Source: Eledone cirrhosa (taxonomy: Eukaryota). Taken from it: DNA of 64,000 bases. The position numbers and the translations under genes were made by a program. Location of the stretch: the NCBI GenBank assembly GCA_964016885.1, contig OZ024741.1, positions 329,530,001-329,594,000 on the forward strand, given 5' to 3'. Positions within the stretch are counted from its first letter, which is position 1. Each line of letters opens with the position of its first letter. Below the pieces are notes generated by a model that was given only the letters and a program-made list of their open reading frames with translations, made no database searches and had not been told where the DNA came from. This document shows, piece by piece, positions 28,340 through 41,476 of this stretch.

Positions 28340-31300
28340 ACCCCATAACCCCATCACCCCCGCCCCCCACCGTCCCCAACCCCCAAACGCAATCCAAAAC
28401 TTCAGAGTTGGTACCATAAATGTAGGCACCCTAAAGGGTCGCGCTAACGAGGTTGTAGAAATGCTTGAACGTAAGGAGGTCGATGTTTGTTGTATTCAAG
28501 AGACCAGGTGGAGGGGTGGGTCTGCTAGGTTCATTGAGGGTAAAAAAACGATGTTATAAGCTTTTCTGGGTGGGAAACGACGATGGGCTGGGTGGAGTAG
28601 AAATCATGGTAGCAGAGAAGTGGGCAGATAAGATAATAGACGTAAATAGAGTGAACGACAGAATAATTAAAATACGACTTGTCCTCAATAGAACTACGGT
28701 GACAGTAATATCTGCGTACGCACCCCAATCCGGACTGCCCGGCACTATAAAAGACAGATTCTATGAGACACTGATGCTAACTACCTCCCAAATATCCGAC
28801 AGTGACTATATAATTATTGCAGGCGACCTAAACGGTCACGTTGGACAACATTGTGACGGCTACGACGAAATCCATGGAGGCTATGGGTTTGGTACTAGAA
28901 ATGAGGAAGGCTCCAGAATCCTGGAATTCTGTGATGCAAATAACCTAACTATCTGTAACACTAACTTCAAAAAACGTGACAATCACCTGATCACCTATAG
29001 ATCCGAGGAACACACAAGCCAGGTAGATTATATCCTTACCAGAAGACGTGACAGAGTGTCTGTTGTAAACACTAAATCCCTCCCCCATGAAGAATGCACC
29101 TCCCAACATAGACTGATAATTAGCGACCTCATAGTCAGGACGAGACGTACTCGACAGCAGAAGAGGACTATCCTCAGGAGAAAAATATGGAAGCTAAAGG
29201 ACCCCACAGCCAGGAATAAATTTCAAAGCATATTACTTGATGCTTTCGACAGTAAGGAAGAACATTTAGAGTCGGACAATATAGAGGGAGAGTGGGAATT
29301 TCTGAAAGCAAACCTGCTGTTGGCGACAGACGAAGTCTGTGGCTGGAGCAGGCCTGTAGGCAGGAGGAGAGTAACATGGTGGTGGAACAGTCCGGTGGAG
29401 GGGTCGATTAAGGCCAAAAAGCAGGCTTGGAAAGTATGGCGGGATGGGGGAAGTAGAGAAGACTATCAAGTGGCCAGGAGGGAAGCTAGGAGACAAGTGT
29501 ACTTAGCAAGAAGGGAAGCTGAGGAAAGAAAGTTCAAGCATGTTCTACAACGCGATGACCAAAAACGTGAGGTGTTCAGGATTGCTAGGCAATGCGTCAA
29601 GGAAAACCGTGATATTGGCGGGGAGAAGTGTGTACTAAACGACGATGGCACACTTGCCATCACTGACGCTGATAAGAAGGTAGCTTGGAAGTGTCACTAT
29701 GAAAGGCTACTAAATGAGGAGAATAAATGGGAGAAAGACAGTCTCCCCCATATCGACCCAATAGAGGGACCAGCAGTGTTAGTCGAGGGGAGTATAATAA
29801 GTAAGGCAATCAAGGATATGAAGACGGGTAAGGCGGCTGGGCCTTCGGAAATAGTTGCTGAGATGCTGAAGGCATCTGGCACGGTGGGACACACTATGGT
29901 CACCCGCATAGTTAACCAAGTCGTACAGAATGGGGTTGTTCCGAAGGACTGGCATAGCAGCATCATCGTTAACTGTTATAAGGGTAAAGGAGACGCCCTG
30001 ATAGGAGTAACTATAGAGGCATTAAATTAATCGACCAGGTCATGAAGGTCACGGAAAAAGTAATAGCGCAACTAATCAGAGAGAGAATTGACCTAGATGA
30101 AATGCAGTTCGGGTTTGTGTCAGGCAAAAGTACCACAGACGCTCTTTTCATAGTACGACAACTACAGGAGAAGTACCTAGCTAAAGGTAAACCCCTCTAC
30201 TTAGCTTTTGTCGACTTGGAGAAAACCTTCGACAGAGTCCCCCGCTCCATTATCTGGTGGGCTCTTAGAAAACTAGGCGTTGACGAATGGCTTGTGAGGG
30301 CTATACAAGCCATGTATAAAGAAACAGTCAGCAAGGTTAGAATTAACAACGAATATAGTGAAGAGTTTAGCGTAAAAGTTGGCGTCCATCAGGGCTCTGT
30401 TCTCAGCCCCCTACTATTTATTATTGCCCTTCAGGCTATAACAGAGGAGTTCAAGACAGGCTGCCCATGGGAACTCCTATACGCAGACGACCTGACACTC
30501 ATAGCGGAATCAATGGCCGAGCTAGAGAAGAAATTCCAAACATGGAAGCACGGCCTAGAGTCAAAAGGACTTAAAATTAACCTGGCTAAGACCAAAGTTC
30601 TAGTTTGTAGGAAAGAAAACAAGGCGGCGATCCCTTCTGGGAAATGGTCGTGCTCGGTGTGTAGGAACGGCATAGGTAGAAACTCCATTTTATGTCCTAA
30701 ATGCAAAGTATGGGTGCATAAAAGATGTAGTGGGATCACAGGTAAGCTAACTAAGAACATAGATTTTACATGTGGCCGGTGTTCTGGTGCAATAAGTAGC
30801 AGCAAGTGCCCACAAAATACTAGCTCTTTCAATTGCGCAGAGGGTTCTATAGAAATAGTGGACAGCTTCCGTTACCTGGGCGATAAAATCAGCAGTGGGG
30901 GAGGGTGCTCTGAAAGTACTGTAGCTAGAGTCAGAACTGGTTGGAAAAAGTTCAGAGAGCTTATACCACTATTAGCTGCTAAAGGGTTCTCCCTAAAAAT
31001 GAAAGGCAGGTTGTACGATGCCTGCATACGAACAGCAATGCTGCATGGCAGTGAGACCTGGGCATTGTGTGCAGAGGATATACGCAGACTAGAGAGGAAC
31101 GAAGCTTGCATGCTCCGCTGGATGTGTAACAGTAATATACGTGAACGGCAAAGCATAAACGAACTAAGGAAAAAATTAGAGATAAGAGGGATCAGATGTT
31201 GTTTACTCGAGAGAAGGCTACGTTGGTATGGACACGTGATGCGCATGAAGGTCGATAGCTGTATAACAAAGTGCAGGGCAATAAAGATAGACGGTAGTCA

Positions 31301-31832
31301 CGGAATAGGCAGACCTAGAAAAACCTGGGACGAGCTGATAAACTCCGACATCACACACTTACACCTCTCCAAGACAATGTCACTGGACCGAGACCTTTGG
31401 CGGTACTCAGTAACAGAGAAGACCCGCCTTACCTAAATATATAGTAAAACCTACTCCAGCCAGTAGGCATCTCTAACAAAATACACCCCGTCCCACCACC
31501 TCCACCCCCACCCCATCCCCACCACCCCGTTCTATGTAAAGTTATGTTGGTGCCGTGCCATCCAGGCCGAAACAAATGAGATCGTGTAGGTGTCACGACA
31601 AAAAAACACACAGTCCACGCTGTAATGTGGCCGTGTAGGCAACACGGTAAAAACCTCCCAGACCCACACTGTAAATGTGGTTGGTGTTAGGAAGGGCATC
31701 CAACTGTAGAAAACCTGCCAGACAGTCTTATGCGAGCAAGACAATCACTCTTGCCTCAAGTGGGACTACCCCCGTCCAAACCCATGCAAGCGTGGAACAC
31801 GGACGTTAAACGTTGATGATGATGATGATGAT
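28339..31832 (+). mobile_element. RTE LINE family A, near full length (APE, RT, PHD, 3' UTR, (GAT)n)
   Basis: APE N-terminus FRVGTINVGTLKGR...VDVCCIQETRW from ~28400. ORFs 28465-30030 and 30042-31436 are separated by apparent single-base frameshifts at ~28545 and ~30000. Confidence 0.96.
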
Positions 31833-31939
31833 ATATATATACAATATATAATATATAATATATATATATATATATATATAATATATATAATATATAATAT
31901 ATATATATATATATAATATATATATATATAATATATAAT

Positions 31940-31984
<45 letters not shown>

Positions 31985-31987
31985 TAT

Positions 31988-32328
31988 ATCATCATCATCA
32001 TCATCATCATCATTTTACGTCCGCTTTTCCCTGCTTGCAAGGGTGGGACGGGAACTGATTCTGGCTTGATTTCTACAGCTGGATGCCCTTCCTAACACCA
32101 ACCTCATTTACAGTGAGTGCTGGGTGCTTTTTTGCCGTGGCACCTCCACGACCACTTCGCAGTGGAATGATAGGGACCCCAGTCCCTATCATCTCATTTC
32201 TACAGCTGAGTAAACTGGAGCAATGTGAAATAAAGTGTCTTGCTCAAGGAAACAACACATCACCCGGTCTGAGAATTGAACTCACAACCTTTCAATTGCA
32301 AGGCCAATGCTCTAACCACTAAGCCATG
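31988..32328 (-). mobile_element. tRNA-derived SINE with RTE-derived 3' end (second copy)
   Basis: Near-identical to 16728-17108. Confidence 0.85.
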
Positions 32329-32404
32329 TATAAGCCATTATATATATATATATAATATATAATATATATATATATATAATATATAATATATATATATATA
32401 TATA

Positions 32405-32437
<33 letters not shown>

Positions 32438-32439
<2 letters not shown>

Positions 32440-33745
32440 CATCATCATCATCATCTTCGTTTAACGTCCATATTCCACGCTCACATGGGCTTGGACGGGA
32501 GTTTTCCCACTTGAGGCAAGAGTGGTTGTCTTGCTCGCATAGGACTGTCTGGCGGGTTTTCTACGGCTGGATGCCCTTCCTAACACCAACCACATTTACA
32601 GTGTGGAACTGGGAGGTTTTTACCGTGTTACCTACACGGCCACATTACAGCGTGGACTGTGTGTTTTTTTGTCGTGACACCTACACGACCTCATTTGTTT
32701 CGGGCTGGATGTTGTGGTACCAACATAACTTTAGATTGAAAGGGGTGGTGTCGATGGGGTGGGGGTAGTGGGACGGGGGTGTATTTTGTTAGAGGTGCCT
32801 ACTGACTGTAGTAGGTTTCACTTTGCACTTAGGTAAGGCGGGTCTTCTGTATGACTGTGTAGCGCCAAAGATCTCGATCCAGTGACATTGTCTTGGAGAG
32901 GTGTAAGTGTGTGAGGTCTGAATTTATCAAGTCGTCCCAGGTTTTTCTGGGTCTGCCTACTCCGTGGCTACCGTCTATTTTTATCACCCTGCACTTTTTT
33001 ATACAGCTGTCGTCTTTCATGCGCATCACGTGACCGTACCAACGTAGTCTTCTCTCGAGTAAACAACATCTGATCCCTCTTATTTCTAATTTCTCCCTTA
33101 GTTTGTTAATGCTTGCCGTTCACGTATATTACTATTACACATCCAGCGGAGCATGCAAGCTTCATTTCTCTCCAGTCTGCGTATATCCTCTGCACTCAAT
33201 GCCCAGGTCTCACTGCCATGTAACATTGCTGTTCGTATGCAGGCATCATACAGCCTGCCTTTCATTTTTAGAGGGAACCCTTTAGCGGCCAATAGTGGTA
33301 TAAGCTCTCTGAACTTTTTCCATCCCGTTCTGACTCTAGCTACTGTACTTTCAGAGCACCCTCCTCCACTGCTGATTTAATCACCCAGGTAACGGAAGCT
33401 GTCCACTATTTCTATAGAACCATCTGTGCAATGGAATGAGTTAGTATTCTGTGGGCACTTGCTGCTACTTATTGCACCAGAGCACCGGCCACATATAAAA
33501 TCTATATTCTTAGTTAGCTTACCTGTGATCCCACTACATCTTTTATGTACCCATACTTTGCATTTGGGACATAAAATTGAGTTTCTACCTACTCCTTTCC
33601 TACACACTGAGCATGGCCATTTCCCAGATGGGACCGGTGCCCTATTTTCTTTCCTACAAACTAGAACTTTAGTCTTAGACAAGTTAACTTTAAGGCCTTT
33701 TGATTCTAGGCCATGCTTCCATGTTTGGAATTTCTTCTCTCTCTC
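32438..33745 (-). mobile_element. RTE family A, 5'-truncated (PHD to tail)
   Basis: ORF pieces 33377-33745 (KWPCSVC...WVHKRC...CGRC), 33098-33292 and 32829-33029; (ATC)n tail. Confidence 0.93.
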
Positions 33746-33762
33746 TATATATATATATAAAC

Positions 33763-33794
<32 letters not shown>

Positions 33795-33830
33795 ATATAT
33801 ATATATACACATATATATATATATATACAC

Positions 33831-33877
<47 letters not shown>

Positions 33878-34112
33878 CACATATATATATACACATATAT
33901 ATATATACATATATATATATACACACATATAGATCTACACATATATATATATATATACATATATATATACACATATATATATACATATATATACACATAT
34001 ATATATACATATATATATATACATATATATATACATATATATATATATACACATATATATATATATATATACATATATATACACATATATATACACATAC
34101 ATATATATACAC

Positions 34113-34189
<77 letters not shown>

Positions 34190-34222
34190 TATATATATAC
34201 ATATATATATACATATATATAT
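33746..34222. repeat. (TA)n/(TACA) microsatellite
   Basis: Direct reading. Confidence 0.95.
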
Positions 34223-34228
34223 AGGGAG

Positions 34229-34962
34229 AGAGAATTAGTACATCTACCAACATATGCGTACAGATGTACACTAATGCTAGCAAATATATAAGTTATGTCA
34301 AAGTACCTAGGTGGTTCTATGTAGGGGGATGCAGAACAATTATATGAAAGACGTAAAATAAGAAAATTTTAAAAATTAAAAATTAACTTACTAAAATTTT
34401 TACTCCAACTAATTAGTTTCTGTAATGGGATAAATATAGTTACACAATATAACTATCGAGAATTCATTACGTGATCAGGGAGTCTATTCACAGCTAAGTT
34501 CCCAGGCAATGCGCGGACACTAGGAACCCATATAAAAATAATAATTCAGTGGATGTAATAAGCTAGCGAGGACTAAATTCCATAGCACTGAAAAAGTTCA
34601 CTGCCTCTGGTCAATGGCAGATTCTAAAGAATCAATCACGTGACACTGAGGTTAGTCAGTTAGGAGTGGGGTGGTATTATGACAAGAGCCTACTACTACT
34701 ACGATGAATTAGCAGTAGATTTGGCAAGTTTGCTCAACAAATAATTTGGAGATAAATATAGAGAATTAGTACATCTACCAACATATGCGTACAGATGTAC
34801 ACTAATGCTAGCAAATATATAAGTTATGTCAAAGTACCTAGGTGGTTCTATGCAGGGTGATGCAGAACAATTATATGAAAGACGTAAAATAAGAAAATTT
34901 TAAAAATTAAAAATTAACTTACTTACTAAAATTTTCACTCCAACTAATTAGTTTCTGTAATG
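34229..34962 (-). mobile_element. Hammerhead-bearing partial tandem repeat (531-bp period; Penelope pLTR / retrozyme-like)
   Basis: 34229-34427 is repeated at 34760-34962; hammerhead motif at 34402-34483. Confidence 0.8.
34402..34483 (-). ncRNA. Type-I hammerhead motif with G8>C core change
   Basis: Minus strand: ACTCC-CTGATCA-cgtaatg...cattaca-GAAAC-TAATTA-GTT^GGAGT. Palindromic stem III ACTAATTAGT, 5-bp stem I, inner atagtta/taactat hairpin. Confidence 0.78.
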
Positions 34963-35138
34963 CTTATATTTAAGTAACAGCCGTACTAAGTGTGGGATAT
35001 GAAATTTCGTTTCATTTTTTCCGTTTATCGTTTTCGGTGCACCCGACCGATTAATCCACTCGATATGCAAATTGGGCTACTCAGCCGTTAATATGCATAA
35101 GGTAAGTATATACGTTCAACAATCTGGCTGGAAGGTAT

Positions 35139-35181
35139 ACATTGCTGTTGATAGCTAATAAGCTTGAAGCTAGTACAGCGT
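35139..35181 (+). ncRNA. Mutated hammerhead (CTGTTGA / GAAGC), probably inactive
   Basis: Paralogous to 35563-35605, with substitutions in both conserved boxes. Confidence 0.7.
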
Positions 35182-35562
35182 TCCTTTGTCAGTGTTGAAC
35201 AAACGAGCAACGATGGTTACTAGACACTATGGCTTAATACGGTATGTTTGTTTACAAACACACCGAGCATTACAATAAATGTTCGGTGAATCCATACGTA
35301 CATATATATATGTGTGTGCATATATGTATATATATATATACATACTACTGTACGTCTGTATGCATATATGTATGTACGTGTACATACTTATATTTAAGTA
35401 ACAGCCGTACTAAGAGTGGGAAATGAAATTTTGTTTCATTTTTTCCGTTTATCGTTTTCGGTGCACCCGGCCGATTAACCCACTCGATATGCAAATTGGG
35501 CTACTCAGTTGTTAATATGCATAACGTAAGTATATATGTTCAACAATCTGGCAGGAAGGTAT

Positions 35563-35605
35563 ACGTTGCTGACGATAGCTAATAAGCTTGAAACTAGTAC
35601 AGCGT
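35563..35605 (+). ncRNA. Minimal type-I hammerhead ribozyme, intact core
   Basis: ACGTTG-CTGACGA-tAGCT(aata)AGCTt-GAAAC-TA-GTA^CAGCGT. Palindromic stem III ACTAGT, 6-bp stem I with one GU pair, GUA triplet, U-U at the base of stem II. Confidence 0.85.
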
Positions 35606-35972
35606 TCCTTTGTCAGTGTTAAACAAACGAGCAACGATGGTTACTAGACACTACGGCTTAATACGGGATGTTTGTTTACAAACACACCGAGCACTTAAAT
35701 AAATGTTCGGTGAATCCATACGTACATATATATATATGTGCATGTATGTATATATATATACATACTACTGTACGTCTGTATGCATATATATATGTACGTG
35801 TACATACTTATATTATAATATATATATATATGATTATAATAGAGTATTCCACTATTACTTTTTGTTAGGTGAGAGAAGCTCAAACTCAAAATCTTCAGCT
35901 CGTAAAGAATTCAAAACGGACGAAATATTCTTCGGAAGTTAGAGGATAGTACAGGTAGCAGAGCATTAATAT

Positions 35973-36068
35973 ATAAAATGAAGAAAAACCAAGGTTAACA
36001 ACTTTAATCCATTCTTTCATTTCACGTACAAGTGGATTTAAGTTAACCTTGGTTTTTCTTCATTTTAA
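35973..36068. repeat. Inverted repeat / hairpin
   Basis: taaaatgaagaaaaaccaaggttaac is inverted at gttaaccttggtttttcttcatttta. Confidence 0.85.
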
Positions 36069-36234
36069 ATATATATGTGTGTGTGTGTGTGTGAGGTAAT
36101 TCCGAAGAAAAAGCAAAGGAAAGAAGAGTGCTCTATGTACAGAACAGAGCTATTTAATATGTTGTTCACTTTCTAATTAAATATCCAGACGTATATTATT
36201 TTCTGGGATCCAGAAACTTTTGGTAATGGAGTAG

Positions 36235-36275
<41 letters not shown>

Positions 36276-36379
36276 GATCTATAAATAAACATATGTAACA
36301 ACAACTATATATCTGTTGCGTGTATACATGGTGTATGCGAGTATGGTAGAGATGTAATCAATTTATGTAATATGGTCAA

Positions 36380-37775
36380 ATAAGTGAGGAAGAGGAGAGA
36401 GAGATGGTGTTACAGGATGAGGAGGGCACGTGATAGACGAGAGTGAAATAACATATTAGGAGTGAGAGGGTGAGTAGATGTGTACGTGATAAGCGATAGA
36501 CAGAGAAACGAAGAGGGAGGAAGAGAGAGAGGATGGGTGTGTATCAGAGGAAGGAGAAAGTATATGAGTAGATATAGAGGAGGGAGCAGCCGAGAGTAAG
36601 TGAGAATCTTGAGGAAGAAATTATTGTTGAGAGTCCAATAAAATTCCTGTCTATCCAAAGAAAGATGACAATTATTATGAAATGAAATGAAAAGATTAAG
36701 AGATATTGATAGAGTGGTGATTGTAAAAATATGTGAGCCCACAGTGGGAGAAGTGAAGGGCACGAGAATAGATAGAGTAAGAGCAAAAGAGTGAGAAGTA
36801 AGAGGAGATAACCTAGAGGATCATTTAAGGAGAGAGACAGAGAGAGAGAGAAACAAGATGGTGGTGAGAGATAGATAGATAGATAGAGGGAAGGGATAGC
36901 AAGAGGAAGAGAAAAGGAAATTGAGGCGGGAGAGGATAAGAAGAAACAGATGCAAGAGAAAATGGAAGAGAGAAAATTGAAATGAAGGGAGAGAGAGAGA
37001 GAGAGAAGAAAGGGGGAAGAAATAGAAAAGGTAAGTTACATATGTCAGAGAAGTGAGAGACGGATATAATATATATATATATAGAGAGAGAGAGAGATGG
37101 ATTGCTATATGGAACCAAATAGAATGTTAAAAGAGAAAGATAGAGTCATTAGGAAAGTGAGTGAAAGAGAAAGAATAAAAAATACTAGAGTGGGAATCAC
37201 TGTGTGACGTGAGGTGATTAGTGGATTAGCATTATTATTATTATTTTTTTTTTTTTTTGTAAATAACGGAAAATAATATTGACTAAAATATAAAAACTAA
37301 CTGAATGATAGAAAAAAATAAAACAAGTAAAGAAACGGGTGATAGAGATGGGATGGATAGAATTAGACTTTAAAAATTTAGTTGGAAAGAGGGGAGGAAT
37401 GATAAGAAAATATATTTTTTAAATAAGGGGAAAAAAAGAGATGAGCAAGTGAAATATGGAGAAATGTGAAATAAAAGAAATGAAAACGATAAGTGGGTGA
37501 ATAAAGAGAGAGTGGATAAAGTGAGAGAGAGAGAAAGAGAGGGTTAAGTAAAAGAAAGCTTGAGTGAGAGATTAAAGCGTAAAAGAGACATGAGATAAAA
37601 AGAGAAAGCAAAATGTGAAAGTGAGGCAGGCGTAAAGATAGAGAGAGGAAAATGTGAAAGAGATGTAGACGTAAAGAGAAAAAGAGAGAGGTAGGGGTAA
37701 AGAGAGGGAGAGTAAAGCGTGAAAGAGAGGTGGGAGTACAAAAAGAGGGAGAGAGAGGTAGGCGTAAAAAGAGGT
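36380..37775. repeat. Purine-rich (GA) low-complexity region
   Basis: Strong plus-strand A/G skew and (GA)n runs. Confidence 0.85.
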
Positions 37776-37891
37776 GATCGGAGTTAGGTCCAGCCGAGTC
37801 GAGCGGAGTTATCGGCATTTCACCTGTCATGTGACCAATATGGAGGACAAACTTCCTCCCGGTACACACACGGATCGTCAAAGATGTGAGT
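37775..37891 (+). promoter_or_regulatory. Candidate promoter / first exon ending in a splice donor
   Basis: Local CpG enrichment, GTCATGTGAC E/M-box at 37826-37835, YY1-like CAATATGG, GTGAGT donor at 37886 followed by T-rich sequence. Confidence 0.35.
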
Positions 37892-39429
37892 TTTCTGCGA
37901 ACTCTCTTCGTTCTTCTTTGTTTTACGTTACTTGTTTTGGTTTTGCATTTAACTTTTATATTCACTTCACCAATGTTCTATCGCTTTACTTCTTCGGCAC
38001 ATCCCCTAGCAAGTTGTTGCTGTTGTGTCCCGACAGACTGAGCCAGTAAGTAGTAGACCGAGCGTGACGAATGCCATTCTGTTGTCATTCACTGAATGTC
38101 ATGCTTGGCTACGCAGATCTCTGGACATGAGACAAAACAAACTTTCTTTCTTCCTTCCTTTCCCTTCACAAGTCTTCTTTCGAACGGCAGTGGCAACGAC
38201 CACAAGGGTGGAGGAGATGGGAGAGGCGAGTTGGGGCGCAAAGATGCCAGCAGGTGTGGATATTACAACTGACTACATGATTGAACATGTGCTAAACTGT
38301 TATGATTGAAATTGTCATCTTCTCTCTCTGCTTTCCCGTCTGTTCTCTCTATCATCTCGTAACAAATAGAAAGAGAGGAGGAACAGTTAAAAAGTATGAG
38401 TTAAGTTGGAAAAGGAGAACTATAAACATGTGCATATGTTCAAAATAATAGCCTATTACTTTTTCTTTAGCCCCAGGTCAGGGTTAATATAGCAGAATTA
38501 TGGTCAAAAGCATAGCAGCCTTGACTATTCCAGTTTTTAAATATTTAGAATCAAATTGTCCAATATATCCTTGTTTTATTTTTCAAAAATTATAGATATT
38601 GATAAGACATGACTGCTATTTCTAGCAGGTAGAGTTACCACATAGATGTGTTAAATCATTTGGGTGGATGGCACAGGATTCAGTGGTTTCATCTCAAACT
38701 GGGACACAACAACCTCTTTTTTTTTACACTTCCATCTGTTCAGTTTTTTTCTCTTTCCTTTTTCCTCTTCCCGCTCAACGATTCTCTCTTTCTGCTGTTC
38801 CTCCAAATTTCTTCAATCACACATGTGTTTATCTTCCGTAACGGTGGTTTGACATAAAAGATCAATAAAATAAGTACCAGACATGAAAAAATAAATACTG
38901 GAATCGACATCATCGACTAAAAGCAATAAAGAATAAATCTTTCCCTCTTCTCTTCTTACCTCCTCCTCCTCCTCCTCCTCTATATCTATATCTGTCATTT
39001 TTACTCTGTTCCTTTCGTCTACGTCACTAAACTCCGCATCATTTTCTCTCTAATATTCTTTAATTTTTTCTGTCTCTACTATCGACTTTCATCATTGGGA
39101 ACGAAGTACACTCAACGAAGCCCTAGGTAGTCGCTCAATCTGCTAGAAATAGCAGTCCAATCTCCCTCATCTCACACCACCATCTTTAAAATAATTGTAT
39201 TATGTGGTCCGAGATACAGTGTCTGAAATAACAAGGTGGGTTGGTCATGACTGGATCGCTTTCGATCAGATGTGCTTGATCAGACCTAACCTATTGATAA
39301 ACAACAATAACAACTCAAATGTGACAACGCGGGAAGCCTCTACGAGGTTACTCGTCCTGCTAAATAAAACAGTCAAATCACACTCAGGCAATATAGACCC
39401 CCCCCCCCTCTCTCTCACTCTTTGTCATG

Positions 39430-39705
39430 TCGTTGGATCTCTGTCGGTTCCAACGATGAGTATTCCAGTTCGACCAACGGAACAGCCAGCTCACGAAAAT
39501 AACGTGAAGTTGGCTGATCATTCTACAGAGACGTGTACACTGAACAACGTAGTTCCCATGGCGATTTGGTGTGATGGGTTCAACTCATGTTTGCCAGTTG
39601 AGTTGGGAAATAAAGTGTTTTGCTCAAGGACACAACGTGGCGCCCAGTCTGAAAATCGAACACACGACTTACTATTGCAAGCCGACATCTCTAACCGCTA
39701 AGCCT
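39430..39705 (-). mobile_element. Diverged tRNA-derived SINE
   Basis: Minus-strand head ggcttagcggttagag...gttcgattttc...gtgtccttgagcaaaacactttatttc, shared with the head of the 16728-type SINE. Confidence 0.65.
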
Positions 39706-40449
39706 TGCCTACACAAACATACATATACACACCCATTTTGACATCTGACCTTTGTATACCATTGACCTCTTAAACTTGCCATCTCTCATTACATAATAAT
39801 TATTAGGAGCAACAAGAGACCTTCTATGTAGGCGTCCGACCTGCTAGAAATAGCAGCCAAACTTTCAATTTACTGCTTACAGTCTTTAAAAAATAAGGCG
39901 ATAGTAGATAAGATAGTTTTATTGTCTGAAACAGGCGACAAGATGGTCACATCTATGCTGAGAAACATAAGCAATCTTAATCCTTTTGTTATATTTCTAA
40001 TGACATACATTGTATTTATTTTTTCAAATTAATTATTGAAGAATTTGGAGGGATTTATTAAAGTGATTATTTAATTATATATTATTTGTAACATATGGTT
40101 GTTATATCAAATTATGCTGAAAGATTTTATTCAAAATGGGTGGTTTTGTTTCATAGAACAAGAGGCAAGTTTGGGCAGATTGTTATCAAAAGGGTTAATT
40201 TTACTAATTCATTTTTATGACAAAAGAGCACCCAGTCTATTCAGTAAGGTGGTCCTTTTGGTGCCATGATAAAAGAAACCAGTACACACTATAACCTGGT
40301 TGGCGTAAGGAAGAGCATTCAGTCGTGGAAACCAAACCAAAATACAGATCCATATGAGCAAGACATGGTCACCTGACCTGAATTGCCTTATACTGTGACA
40401 ACCTGTCTAACCCATGCTGGTGTAGAAAAATAAACATTAAACGGTGATG

Positions 40450-40845
40450 ATGATCTTCATTCACTTATTCCTAGGAGAGCCGTGGGGGAAGAGTCCTCAA
40501 ACTCTCTTTCCTGCAGGTCCTGTCAGAAGCAGCCATCTCTAATTGATTTGGCTGGATCCCCAAGCGAAACAAGCTGAGTTCAAGGATGTTAGCCAACCAT
40601 CTTGTTTGGAGTCTACCCCTGGGTTTCCTACTGGTTGGTTTTGCTCATAAAATCTGTCCAGCAATTCTTTCCTGAGACATTCCAACTACATGCCCATAGT
40701 ATTGGAGCTGTGATCTCACAATTTGGAGAAGTAGCAGCTCTATCTACAGAGACTCTCTAATCGCCAAGCTATGCACTCTATCGAGTAACGTTACTCTAAA
40801 GACCCTTCGGAGTACGCAAACTTAAATCTCCCCAGCTGCGGCTAG
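40450..40845 (-). mobile_element. Old RTE (Expander-like) 3' fragment
   Basis: Minus translation ...VTLLDRVHSLAIRESL.IELLLLQIVRSQLQYYGHVVGMSQERIA...KPRGR. Confidence 0.7.
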
Positions 40846-40869
40846 TTCTTATATTTTCAGTTCAGTGAA

Positions 40870-41476
40870 CTTGACCAAAGACACAACGTTCTGCCTGGTC
40901 AGGGATGAGATACCTTGACCAAGGACACATTCTGCCTGGTCTGTGATGAGATACCTTGACCAAGGACACAACATTCTGCCTGGTCTGGGATAAGATACCT
41001 TAAGCAAGGACACGACACAACATTCTGCTTGGTCTGGGATAAGATACCTTGACCAAGGACAATATTCTGTCCGGTCTGGAATAAGATACCTTGACCAAGG
41101 ACACATCATTCTGCCTGGTCTGTGATGAGATACCTTGACCAAGGACACAACATTCTGTCTGGTCTGGAATAAGATACTTTGACCAAGGACACAACATTCT
41201 GCCTGGTCTGGAATAAGATACCTTGACCAAGGACACAACATTCTGTCTGGTCTGGAATAAGATACCTAGACCAAGGGCACAACCTTCTGCCTGGTCTGTG
41301 ATGAGATACCTTGACCAAGGGCACAACATTCTGCCTGGTCTGGAATAAGATACCTTGACCAAGGGCACAACCTTCTGCCTGGTCTGTGATGAGATACCTT
41401 GACCAAGGACACAACATTCTGCCTGATCTGTGATGGGATACCTTGACCAAGGACACAACATTCTGCCTGGTCTGGG
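40870..41476. repeat. Minisatellite, ~44-bp unit x14, derived from a SINE segment
   Basis: Unit gataccttgaccaaggacacaacattctgcctggtctg(gaataa/tgatga); runs into a SINE head remnant at 41477-41528. Confidence 0.93.

Larger units (their letters stand above)
34963..35814 (+). mobile_element. Head-to-tail dimer of a ~424-bp non-coding unit, each with a hammerhead (non-LTR retrozyme-like)
   Basis: Units at 34963-35386 and 35387-35806; hammerheads at 35139-35181 and 35563-35605. Confidence 0.82.

Noticed and set aside
36410-37965. Leu/Ser/Phe-rich minus-strand ORFs (also 59316-60079)
   Set aside because: They are products of GA-rich low-complexity sequence.
40870-41476. CRISPR-like regular repeat
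   Set aside because: There are no unique spacers and no cas genes, the context is eukaryotic, and the unit derives from a SINE.
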